This document shows positions 25,205 to 36,345 of a stretch of DNA of 64,000 nt, in pieces. A program made the translations under genes and the position numbers. Every line of letters starts with the position of its first letter. Positions within the stretch are counted from its first letter, which is position 1. Source of the stretch: Octopus sinensis (lineage: Eukaryota); NCBI RefSeq assembly GCF_006345805.1, contig NC_042998.1, positions 24,118,001-24,182,000 of the forward strand. Direction: 5' to 3'. Under the pieces are notes generated by a model. The model was not told the DNA's origin and did not search any database. It saw only the letters and a program-made list of their open reading frames with translations.

Positions 25205-25285
25205 CAGCTAGCAGGCCTTGCTACTCTAGACTGATGATGAGCAGAGACTCAGAAACATGCATGTCTCTAGATGCAGGCCTAGCTG
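25205..25285 (+). ncRNA. Type I hammerhead ribozyme, canonical core
   Basis: TCTAGA-CTGATGA-TGAG(CAGAGA)CTCA-GAAAC-ATGCAT-GTC-TCTAGA. Palindromic stem III ACATGCATGT; extended stem I. Predicted cleavage after C25265. Confidence 0.88.
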
Positions 25286-25499
25286 TTGGGGCTGCTTGTC
25301 TCCCCTTCATAAATACAAGGACACAGGAAATGTGTCAAAGCTGACAGGAAACGTCGATGCTTCCTAGGGCTAAATAGTGGTGGTGTAATTCCCTTTTACG
25401 GGACTGTCATGTTAAGTTGACAGTACACAACCGCTCTATCGCTCCACCACTGCTCATATCTCTCTGAGATATTTAGAAATTTAATATTTCTAATATATA

Positions 25500-25855
25500 T
25501 GCCAGCACCACCTTGACTGGCTTCCGTGCCGGTGGCACGTAAAAAGCACCGTCCGAATCGTGGCCAATGCCAGTGCCGCCTTGACTGGCTTCCATGCCGG
25601 TGGCACGTAAAATGCACCAATCCGATTGTGACCGTTGCCAGCCTCGCCTGGCACCTGTGCAGGTGGCACGTAAAAAGCACCCACTACACTCACGGAGTGG
25701 TTGGCATTAGGAAGGGCATCCAGCTGTAGAAACACTGCCAGATCAGACTGGAGCCTGGTGCAGCCTTCTGGCTTCCCAGATCCCCGGTCAAACCGTCCAA
25801 CCCATGCTAGCATGGAGAACGTACGTTAAACGATGATGATGATGATGATGATGAT
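25500..25855 (+). mobile_element. SINE-like repeat family R with 5' tandem subunits
   Basis: Three gtgccggtggcacgtaaaa-type units, conserved body and (GAT)n tail. Confidence 0.9.
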
Positions 25856-26589
25856 ATATATATATATATATATATACATACATGTATGGGTTGTTTATCC
25901 TGTTCATGCTGTATTATTAGTATTATCCTGCATTTGAGAATAATATTATTTCCGTACCTTTCAATACATCTCAACACTTCTACAGCAAACTTTGTTTATT
26001 TACTTTCATCATAATTTGAATTTAACATATGATAGCATCTTATAAAGCTAGATTTATATATCTTAAATTTGCAGAAGAATTTGTAGTTAGGTCAGTTTAG
26101 CTTAAAGGTAAAGCACTTGATGTGTAATCACAGGGATGTGAGTTTGAGTCTCCTGGCTGGCCGCTGACACATTTTCTGCAAAATATGAATAGTTTATCCT
26201 GTTCATGCTCTATTATTATCATTATTTTGCGTTTGAGAATAAAAATAATTCCTTATCTTTCAAATTGCTTTTGTTTAAAAGTTGCTTTTTATTTTCCCTC
26301 AAAAAGCGAATGAACTTTTTGGCTGACCCAATATGTTACATTTTAGAAGAATAAACACATCAATATTACAATAATTCTTTTAATGTCTATTTTTGCATTC
26401 TTGCAGGGGTCAGAAAAAATTCAATGAAGCATATTAACTACAGTTGGATGCTCGCCAACCTTCACCAGTTTTTCAAGCAAAGCAAACTTTTTTCATAGCG
26501 TGGACATTTATTTCACAGAAGATTGCAAGCAAATGATATTGTTTATATGATAGTGATGTTTGTTTACAATTAAGTACATGATGTCATAA

Positions 26590-27050
26590 TGAAGACACAC
26601 ACACACACACACATGCATGCACACACACACACATTCAAGCACATACACATGCACATATAAGTATATACACACACATGCATATATACACATACACATAAAT
26701 ACATACACACACATGCATGCACACATTCACACATATGCACATGCACATACACACACACATATAAGTATATGTAAACACTCACTCTTACACACATGCACAT
26801 ACACACACATGCATATATACACACATGCATATATATACACACACATTTATATATACACACACATACACATAAACACACACCAGCACACACACACACACAC
26901 ACAAACACACCATGCCCATACACACACATGCATATATGCATACATATGCATATATACACACACATACACATAAACACACACAAACTCACACATGCCCATA
27001 CACATATGCACGTACACACACACACACATACACATGTACATGCACATATA
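26590..27050. repeat. Degenerate (CA)n/(CATA)n tract
   Basis: Low complexity. Confidence 0.9.
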
Positions 27051-27059
27051 TATAACAGG

Positions 27060-27245
27060 AAAGTTTACGAAAATAAACAAAAGACGAAGGCAGATATGTA
27101 CAAACAAACAAATGTATTAGTATAGCGCTCAGGAATAGAAATAGAAAAAGTCTTTTACGTTTCGAGCCTACGCTCTTCGACAGAAAGATACACAGAAAAA
27201 AACAAGGAGAGAAAAAAATGCATGTAGGAGCTAACGATCTATCAT
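27060..27245 (-). mobile_element. Penelope-like pLTR fragment, family P2
   Basis: Contains an HHR-like motif at 27151-27188; homologs at 15190 and 53965. Confidence 0.7.
27151..27188 (-). ncRNA. Hammerhead-like motif with CUGUCGA core (A6 to U)
   Basis: UCUUU-CUGUCGA-A-GAGC(GUAG)GCUC-GAAAC-GUA-AAAGA. Confidence 0.55.
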
Positions 27246-27367
27246 AGCATACATACGGTGCGCAGCTTTTCACTTTCTGTCTACCAAGTTTCACTGACAA
27301 ATCTTTGTTCAGTTCAGGTCTAGAACAGAAAGAAGACATTTACCCAAAGTTCTGTGAATATATATGC

Positions 27368-27665
27368 TGGCACGGTTATGATGACTAGTGTTCCAACTGA
27401 ACCAATCAATGGAACAGCCTGCTAGTGAATTAACGTGCAAGTGACTGAGTACTCCACAGACATGCATATTCTTAATATAGTTCTCAGGGGAGATTCAGTG
27501 TGACACAGAATGTGACAAGGCTGACCCTTTGAATTACATGTACAGCTCACTTTTGCTAGCTGGGTGAACTGGAGCAACATGAAATAAAGTGTCTTGCTCA
27601 GGGGCACAGTATGCAGCTGGGAATTGAACTCATCACCTTATGACTGTAATCTGAGCATCCTAACC
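27368..27665 (-). mobile_element. Older tRNA-SINE sharing its 3' region with family A
   Basis: 3' part is homologous to 19300-19460; gtgtcttgctcaggggcac body motif; tRNA-like head at about 27620-27665. Confidence 0.6.
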
Positions 27666-27794
27666 CAATGTTTCTCAGCTTTTTTAACTTTGCCTAACCC
27701 TTAAAATAAATTATGTCTCAAGGACTCCCTTCACAAAAGAAATTATATACCATATCTTACTCATATTTTTTCCATCGTAGTTCATGTGGTAAAT

Positions 27795-27836
<42 letters not shown>

Positions 27837-27873
27837 TAGATAGATAGATACATATATATACATATGTATATAA

Positions 27874-28213
27874 ACAATTGCAGCATGGAAGGTGTTTATA
27901 AGCCATTTAAAACACACAAAAACAATTAGAATCACTTCAACTTTTACATTTATAATTTGTCAAAATATTTTTCCTTGCTTTGAGACCGCGACCTGTTCAC
28001 TGACAAAATTCCATGCTGCATCACAGAATTTTGTCAGTGAACAGGTCGCGGTCTCAAAGTGACGAAAATATTTTGGAAAATTAAATTTAAATGTTGAAGT
28101 GGATCTAATGGTCTTTTGTGTGTTTTAAATGGCTTATAAACACCTTCCACACTGCAATTGTTTTCATTCCAGCACATGATTTCAGATCAGGTCACTTGCT
28201 ATGCAAGTACATC
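27874..28213. mobile_element. Foldback element F, copy 1 (~288-bp palindrome plus ~50-bp asymmetric tail)
   Basis: acaattgcagc...ctgcaattgt, with arms complementary almost end to end; tail cagcacatgatttcagatcaggtcacttgctatgcaagtacatct. Confidence 0.85.
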
Positions 28214-28785
28214 TTTTGTGTTTAAATGTACACTAATTTTTATATGAAAAATATATTGACTTTGTATACATGCTAGGCCACTGGTAGAAAAAATTTATGT
28301 AATTTTTCCTCCCCTATATTAATTTTAAGAAATGATTTTAGCAATTTCTGAAGTTAATTGGAATTTTTATTTACAGCTGAATGAAACTGCTTACGCAGTG
28401 GATTTGAAAAATTATAATATATAAGGATGAGACACGTTATTTTGTCTCTAATTCATATGTTAATGTTTTGGCATATCCGCTGATGAGAACTTCGCCTTGC
28501 AAATCATTTCATTCGCTGATTAAAGTTCGAAACCTAAGGTCCGGCGTTAAAACATGGTAAATGTTTTTATTTTTCATTCCCTTCTAAATTGCTCTTAACT
28601 GTGGTTTGGAATTTTTTGACTGTTCCTTCTAGTATGTGAGGTGACCTCTTAAGCCTCACCTCTTTTGTTTTTAAATGTACACTAAGTTTTATATGAAAAA
28701 TATGTCTACTGACTTTGTATACATTATAAGCCACTGGTAGAAAAAAATTTCTATAATTTTTCCTACCCTATATTAATTTTAAGAA
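28212..28785 (+). mobile_element. Retrozyme/PLE-like unit B: 449-bp unit with ~120-bp terminal direct repeats and a full type I HHR
   Basis: Repeats at 28212-28331 and 28661-28785; HHR at 28463-28555. Confidence 0.75.
28463..28555 (+). ncRNA. Full-length type I hammerhead ribozyme
   Basis: CCG-CTGATGA-GAACTT...AAGTTC-GAAACC(TAA)GGTC-CGG; distal stem I atgttttggc/gttaaaacat beyond an internal loop. Predicted cleavage after C28541. Confidence 0.85.
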
Positions 28786-28816
<31 letters not shown>

Positions 28817-28817
<1 letters not shown>

Positions 28818-29158
28818 CAATTGTAGCATGGAAGGTGTTTGTAAGCCATTTAAGAAACACACAAAAGCCGTTCGATTCACTTCAACATTTAAGTTTAATT
28901 TGTCAAAATATTTTCGTCGCTAAAATCCGCGACCTGTTCACTGACAAAAATCCGTGCTGCATCTCTGGATTTTTGTTAGTGAACAGGTCGCGGATTTTAG
29001 CGACGAAAATATTTTGACAAATTAAACTTAAATGTTGAAGTGAATCGAACGGCTTTTGTGTGTTTCTTAAATGGTTTACAAACACCTTCCACGCTGCAAT
29101 TGTTTTCGTTTTAGCACACGATCTCAGATCAAATCATTTGCTATGCGAGTACATCTCC
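28817..29158. mobile_element. Foldback element F, copy 2
   Basis: Near-perfect palindrome 28817-29103 plus tail, set in (TA)n. Confidence 0.9.
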
Positions 29159-29206
29159 ATATATATATATATAATATATATATATATATATTATATATAT
29201 ATATAA

Positions 29207-29622
29207 TGTGGGAGTGGCTGTGTGGTAAGTAGCTTGCTTACGAACCACATGGTTCTGGGTTCAGTCCCACTGTGTGGCACCTTGGCCAAGTGTCTTTTAT
29301 TATAGCCTTGGGCTGACCAGAGCCTTGTGAGTGGATTTGGTAGACGGAAACTGAAAAAAGCCTGTTGTATATATGTATATATATATATATATGTGTGTGT
29401 GTGTATATGTTTGTGTGTCTGTGTTTGTTCCCCCCACAACATCACCTCACAACTGATGCAGGTATGTTTACATCCCCGTAACTTAGCGGTTCAGCAAAAG
29501 TGACCGATAGAATAAGTACTAGGCTTACAAAGAATAAATCCTGGGGTCAATTTGCTCGACTACTAAAGGCGGTGCTCCAGCATGGCCGCAGTCAAATGAC
29601 TGAAACAAGTGAAAAAGAAAAG
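29207..29622 (+). mobile_element. SINE family C, full length
   Basis: ggagtggctgtgtggtaag head, accttggccaagtgtc core, aaag tail. Confidence 0.9.
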
Positions 29623-29858
29623 ATATATAAATAACTGGTTTAAGAAAAAATTAATACATCACTAAATATATCCCCAATGGTTGTTATATCTTTTTGCCAA
29701 CATATTACAATATTAGAATAACCAATAATATCTTGTGCATGTGTTGTAATATTACAATCATGAAATTAGCATTAGCTTATCTCACTCTTTCTTGTGGAAC
29801 CCCGAGGAAACTTTTGTTGAACCCCGGTTGAGAAACAGCCTAACCATTAAGCCATGTG

Positions 29859-30063
29859 CTCTTTTACTCTTTTACTTGTTTCAGTCATTTGACTGCGGCC
29901 ATGCTGGGGCACTGCCTTTAGTCGAGCAAATCAACCCCAGGACTTATTCTTTGTAAGCCTAGTACTTATTCTATCGGTCTCTTTTGCCGAACCGCTAAAT
30001 TACGGGGACGTAAACACACCAGCATCGGTTGTCAAGCAATGCTAGGGGACAAACACAGACACA

Positions 30064-30117
<54 letters not shown>

Positions 30118-30225
30118 CATATATACGATAGGCTTCTTTCAGTTTCCGTCTACCAAATCCACTCACAAGGCTTTGGTCAGCTCGGGGCTATAGCAGAAGA
30201 CACTTGCCCAAGATGCCACGCAGTG
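29859..30225 (-). mobile_element. SINE family C, 5'-truncated
   Basis: Matches the 24745-25100 sequence. Confidence 0.88.
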
Positions 30226-30875
30226 CCTTTACTTCATGTTCATTTAATGTCTGTTTTTGTCCATACTAGTACGAATTATCTATAATTTTAATGATTTTGT
30301 TGAAAGGAATACTAATGTTTCAACACATTTAATATTTACCAGGTATTATTTTAGCTTCCCTCCTAAAATCAAAACATAAAAACTTTTATATAATCCTGAA
30401 ACTCTTTGTGCAGCTGTTTGTCTATAGACTTAGAATTTTAATTTATTTGCTCAGCACCCTAAGGAATAATAAAAGATAAAAATATAATCCCAATGGATTT
30501 GGTTTATTGTTATAAAAATGGTAGATTATGGGGGAAATATCTGTCATGAAAGTATTTTAGAGTTGAGGGAAGGGGGCATGGTTGCAGTTTAGTAACAGAA
30601 ATTGAATTAAATATAAGGTGAAAAGATATAATGAGGTTATGTAGGGAGTAAAAGGATGAATAAAAGTAAAATAAATCTACTTCAGTTTGATCATCTTCTG
30701 AAAGAATGATATGTTCAAATAATCTTGTTTATTGATAAGTTTTTTTTCAGATTAATATTTGAATGGCATTTGTCATCATCATCATCATCATCATCATTCT
30801 TTTAACATCCATTTTCCATGCTAGCATGGGTTAAACACATAAGCACATACACACCACATATGGATACAGAGTCTC

Positions 30876-30899
<24 letters not shown>

Positions 30900-30906
<7 letters not shown>

Positions 30907-31222
30907 ATAATAAATATTAAGGAATAAATCCAAATTTACAGGGAAAAATCAGATTTAGGATTGAATCCAATTTTATAGTAAAATATTATATAATATTAAT
31001 TAGAGACAAAACCACTATTTTGCAAATCAAACAAGGAAAGACTTAATCAATACATAATCATAACTTTAAAATTGAAAAGAAGATACGAAATCCACCTGAT
31101 GAATGTCATTTGAAGACAGGAAACAATTGTAGTGGCGATTTATTTACTTTATATTAAAAATTTTTTTATGTATTGATTAAGTCTTCCTTGTTTGATTTGT
31201 CTCTAATTAATATTATATATAT
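30900..31222 (+). mobile_element. PLE-like element with ~50-70 bp inverted repeats enclosing an HHR
   Basis: Arms at 30988-31057 and 31166-31218 are reverse complements; the left arm has an insertion. Confidence 0.6.
31092..31135 (+). ncRNA. Minimal type I hammerhead ribozyme
   Basis: CCAC-CTGATGA-A-TGTC(ATTTGAA)GACA-G-GAAAC-AATT-GTA-GTGG, with palindromic ACAATTGT stem III. Confidence 0.75.
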
Positions 31223-31236
31223 GTATATATATATAG

Positions 31237-31289
<53 letters not shown>

Positions 31290-32559
31290 GTATATATATA
31301 TATATGTATATATATGTGTGTGTGTATATATATGTATATACATATATATACATATATATCAATACATACAGGATTTAAATGTGTAGTACTATGTGCATTT
31401 TATATGTATTAAAACACATACACACACACATATGCTCGCAGAGTATTGTTGTATCTACAAATGATTTCCAAACTTAAACTTTTGCAGTGTAAGACCTCTT
31501 TTGATATTTATTTAAGTTAAATGAATGAAAAGAACTCATCATGGTTAGTTGTCTTCTGATAATTTGCATGTGGTATTTTACTTTGAAAAATAAATTGCTG
31601 TGGATTATGAAATTTTAAAGATAAAGGTAACTGAATCCATTTACAAAAATTCTTTCTAATTCTAAAACTGTAAGATATATGACATTTAATTAATAATTTT
31701 AGTTTGTTTACACTTCTGTCATGAAATAAGGCATTATTTGTCATCTAAAAATTCTGAAGAGATGATGTATTTATTTGTCATTTAAATCTAAGTTGTTTAG
31801 TTAATTAGACAGTTTTTAATTTTTTTTTCTTCCAAAATACTGAATAAAAATAAAGATTAATTACTTGTACACTAAGATGCATTGATAATAAACTAAAATA
31901 TAAGCAAAATCATGTAATAGAAAAATGATTTGTAAAGTGAAAAACAGAAAAATTTTAAACTGATAGAAGACAAACATTGATACTTAACTTATATTTAGTA
32001 AAAATCAATAAAATTTTAAATTAAAAAGAAACTAACAAAATCAGTGAACAAAGATTTCCAATTGAAAATTTGTGACTTCATTAAGAAAAAAAAAAATGTA
32101 ACCAATTTGTTTTCAAAATAAGATAATGTTTATTAATGAAAAATTAAGGAAGCATTTAAAACTTTAGTTATATTGTTTGTAAATTCATTAAAATTAACAA
32201 CCATTGATTTTAAAATTACCTGCGAAAGAGTGTAAAATAAATGAAACCCATGATGGTATTTACTGAAGCAAAGAAAGAAATTCAACAAGGTTATGTCTTT
32301 GAAAGGTAAAGTCAGTGCTAATATATTTGATATAATGAACCATGAATTTTCATTTAATTAAATTATACCATATGGAGGCAAAAGAGTCATTAGCTTAATA
32401 GACCATTCTGATCATGAAATATTGGGGAAATTTGCTGAAAAGATCAAATAAGACAGAAACATGTTCAAAGTTGTCACTGCACAGCCAAGATCAAGCACCT
32501 TTCTCAACTGGATTTCTTGTATTTTATATCTAATTAATTTCAATAAATTAAAACTTTGC

Positions 32560-32742
32560 TGGTGGCACGTAAAAAGCACCCACTACACTCACGGAGTGGT
32601 TGGTTTTAGGAAAGGCATCCAGCCGTAGAAACACTGCCAGATCAGACTGAGCCTGATGCAGCCTTCTGGCTTCACAGACCCCAGCTGAACCGTCCAACCC
32701 ATGCTAGCATGGAAAGCGGACGCTAAATGATGATGATGATGA
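32560..32742 (+). mobile_element. SINE-like repeat family R
   Basis: Conserved body and (GAT)n tail. Confidence 0.9.
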
Positions 32743-33154
32743 AAACTTTGCAGTTCTTTGCTCCAATTTCCTCGAGAAAACACATGACCTTGGGGTTAGA
32801 CACTTGATCATAAAGTTATTCACTTGTTCCTTGGTCTGAGAGGTACATTGTGTCCTTAAGCAAGAGATTTTACTTCATATGGCTTCAATCTACTCTGCTG
32901 TTAAAAAACTTACACAGCACTTGATTAGCATGAAGTTAGCATGTCCAAAGTATAGTCCAAAGTATAACCAGAATCTTTTGGGCATGAAGCAAGATATATC
33001 CAGCAGTAGGCTATTATACTCTATCTTTAAAACCATATTTTTGTTTTACTCCTGCTTTTCTTGATAAGTTAAAGATGATTTTTTTCCTTACAATTAATGT
33101 CAGGAGCCAGCCAAACTTGATGTGTCCCAAGCCTCCCAGGGTTTGATTTTGGCT

Positions 33155-33162
33155 CTGTTTGC

Positions 33163-33194
<32 letters not shown>

Positions 33195-33228
33195 ACATCA
33201 TCATCATCATCATCATCATCATCTTCAA

Positions 33229-33270
<42 letters not shown>

Positions 33271-33435
33271 TTAACATCCGCTCTCCATGCTAGCATGGGA
33301 TGGACAATTTGACTGAGGTCTGGCGAACCAGACTCCAATCTGATCTGGCAATGTTTCTACAGCTGGATGCCCTTCCTAATGCCAGCCACTCCGAGAGTGT
33401 AGTGGGTGCTTTTATGTACCACCAGCACGAGGGCC
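33155..33435 (-). mobile_element. SINE-like repeat family R with expanded (CAT)n tail
   Basis: Conserved body. Confidence 0.85.
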
Positions 33436-34879
33436 AACTCTTTATTTATCTACAAATTTTTATGGACTAACTTTTGCTGAAACAAACAACCTCTATTTTC
33501 CTTGGATTCAGGATCTTATCTTATGATTCTTATAAAACTATTTTCACACTTCCTTATTTCTATTTTGACTTAAAGCCTATCTTTGCAATTATATTCATAA
33601 TTTGTAGTTAAGTTAACGCAAACACATTTAATGCAGAGAGCATCATAAACCAAACCAGAAATATTTATACAGTGAAGGAACAGGGAGAGAAAAACTTCTC
33701 TTAATCAGGGATTAGCTTTGTCTCTTTGTAGACCTGCATTGACTCTGGACCTGTTTCAGTCTTATTATTGCCTCATCAACAAAACAATGCATTTACAGTA
33801 CTTGTCAAGGTAATAAGGAAAGTATCACTGAGTAAGTATTCAAGAGTGTACATCTGTTGGTGTAGGAGAATAGAAATGTTTAGAGTATGATAATATTGCT
33901 CTTTCCTTGTCTCATAATATTTTCTACTATTAACTGCATTAAACATATAAATACAGGTTTAGTTATTGCCTTTTATACAGAAGGGGGTTTCTCTGAGTAA
34001 TTTATTCATCAGAGTTTATAACCTTATTCAAGAACTTTTTGCAGGTACCAGGTCTCTCAGACCACAACTACATCCTTTTTTAAATATTTTTTGTTCTTTG
34101 TATTTCTTTTCTTTTTCTTTTCATTTGATTAGTTACCTTGGTGTGTAATTGACATGAAGTTGTGGTTTATTTGCAGATAGAAATGCTGATTGTTCTTTCT
34201 TTCTGGTACTGTGTCTCAAACTATACCATTCAATGTATTTTTCATGTTTTAAAACAATAGGGTGTGATTTAAAGCAGTGCTACTCAAAGTGATGGTCCAT
34301 GAGCCATCAGCTGCCAGAACACGGCAAGTTTCCAGAAAAGAAAGCAACTATAAAATGCTTGTGTAATATTGGAAATATTACACAAGCATTTGATATTTCC
34401 CTGTCATAAACTTTTTAGTGTGGGAAGCAAAAATTTCCAAAGAAAAAGATCCGTGGGCGGATCACAATTTTTGCTCCCCATATTAAAAGTTTCCCCACCC
34501 CCTGCTGTTGAGCCAATATTCATTTTGTTCATTATATCTGTGTTCATTTGTTTTATACTTATTTTTCCAAACTGGCATGGACTAGGTCAATACAAATTAT
34601 TGAAGTACTATGTTTATAGATGAATGCTGCTCTACCTGTCACTAACCTTTAATTGTTTTTGAAGTTATAGCAAGATTTTTTTCATGCTCATCCTCAAAAG
34701 TGCAAAGATAGAAAATGAGTTTATGACAGGAAAATATCAACAAATGTCACCACAGTTCAGTGCATTTTCATCTGTATTTGTACACACACACACATGCACG
34801 CATGCAGGCACACACACACACATACACATATACACACACATACACACACTCACAACTGAAACAAATTGTGTCTCACATA

Positions 34880-35480
34880 TCATCATCATCATTGTTCGAC
34901 CGTGGTCGAGACAATGGAATTTACCATGCTATGCCAGACTTCACGGTCCATCATAGCATTACGGAGGTCCTGTTGCTGGATGCCTGTATCCCTGGAGATT
35001 ACATCAGGGTAGGAGAGTGTGCGCCCTCTGATATTGCAAGTAGATGGCTTCCAGAGAAGAGTAGAAATTGCCTCGTTTTCAGCTCTACAACAATGTCCAG
35101 CAAACTGGACTCTCCTACCTTTCACAAGAGATGACACAGGTGGTAGTTTCCCATATATTTGTACTTTGGTTGGATGACACTTCCACGAGAGATTTTGAGC
35201 TCTCATAAGGAGGCGAGTGTAGGTTCCATCTCAAGCTTCTTTGATAACGTCCAGGTTTCTGAGCCTTATAGTAGAATTGGTTCGACTGTGGCTTTGAAGA
35301 TTTCAAGTTTGAAGTCTCTACTTAGATTTGATGACCAGATCTTATACATGTCATTACAGACTGACCAGGCCATACCCTTTCTAGTTAGAAAATCTTTTCC
35401 AGATGATGATCTGTATGACCCAAGATATTTGTAATCAGAAACCATATTTAAGGGCTCATTGTTGAGAGTATGGAAGATAT
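34880..35480 (-). mobile_element. RTE-like non-LTR retrotransposon 3' fragment (RT thumb region)
   Basis: YKYLGSY...RKGMAWSVCN...IFKATVEPILLYGSETW...RRVQFAGHC; (TGA)n tail. Confidence 0.85.
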
Positions 35481-36239
35481 AATTGTTTGAATTCCATGGT
35501 CTGTGCATCCAAAAGTACGGATATTTGTTGAAAATTATACACAACATAACCCAGCTTAAGTAAATTATTTCTATGAATATGATAAAGGTTTTGACAGCAA
35601 ATATAATAATTTTAAATGCTGTGAAATTAATTGTGGCTATTTATAATTGTATGTGCTCAAATGAATCTTAAGAATCTAAAAATTTTTGTAAGTTGATCAG
35701 CATGCAACACTTTCAAAAGGCATGAAAATTATTTTTCTGGTGTTAATTGGGTGGCTTTGTTGATAGAAATGTAAGGCTTTATTCTAGTGGAGAGGATTGA
35801 GCTGAGGGAGGAATTGGGGGTATCAAGAGGCAATGAAATTCAAGAAAAGTAAAATCTGAAAAAACAGGGAATGGCTAAGAGAAGGGAATAGGAAAAATCA
35901 ATGTGTTAGAAATGAGGTATGGTGATTGGATGTTATCTTTTATCGCCCTTATCATATTTATTGAATTAGTTTTAGTCAGATCTTGTTTCTAAGTTTTTAG
36001 TAAATATTAGAACTTGTGCAGGAAAATACAGAGAAGTTCATTATTAGAGTTCAAACTGGGTCAATACCCAGAAACTTGGGTCCATGTGTATCACGTCAGG
36101 CTGGAGATGGGAAAGATGATTTCCCTTTGCAAATACTGATAGGGCACAGAAATCTGGAGGAAATGTCTTCCTGGAGGTACAAGCTGCAGTAGCATCAACC
36201 CTTAAGGGTTAGCCACATTTACCACTATACTGTACAGAA

Positions 36240-36345
36240 ATTTCCCTGAGACACCTGATGAAGGCTGGAGAATACATCAGCTGAAATATTGTGTTAACAA
36301 CAGACAAGATGAGAGCAATTATCCATCAAATGTAAATAATGTAGA
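36240..36345 (+). mobile_element. Penelope-like pLTR fragment, family P1, with HHR at 36250-36295
   Basis: GACAC-CTGATGA-A-GGCTG...CAGCT-GAAAT-ATT-GTGTT; homologous to 13185-13290. Confidence 0.7.

Larger units (their letters stand above)
24669..25494 (+). mobile_element. Retrozyme-like unit A2 (~365 bp plus inserted SINE) with 35-bp identical terminal direct repeats
   Basis: ctctctgagatatttagaaatttaatatttctaat at 24669-24703 and 25460-25494; HHR at 25225-25271; same hairpin order as unit A1. Confidence 0.8.

Noticed and set aside
33985-34020. Minus-strand CTGATGA...GAAAC
   Set aside because: No stem II or stem I pairing.
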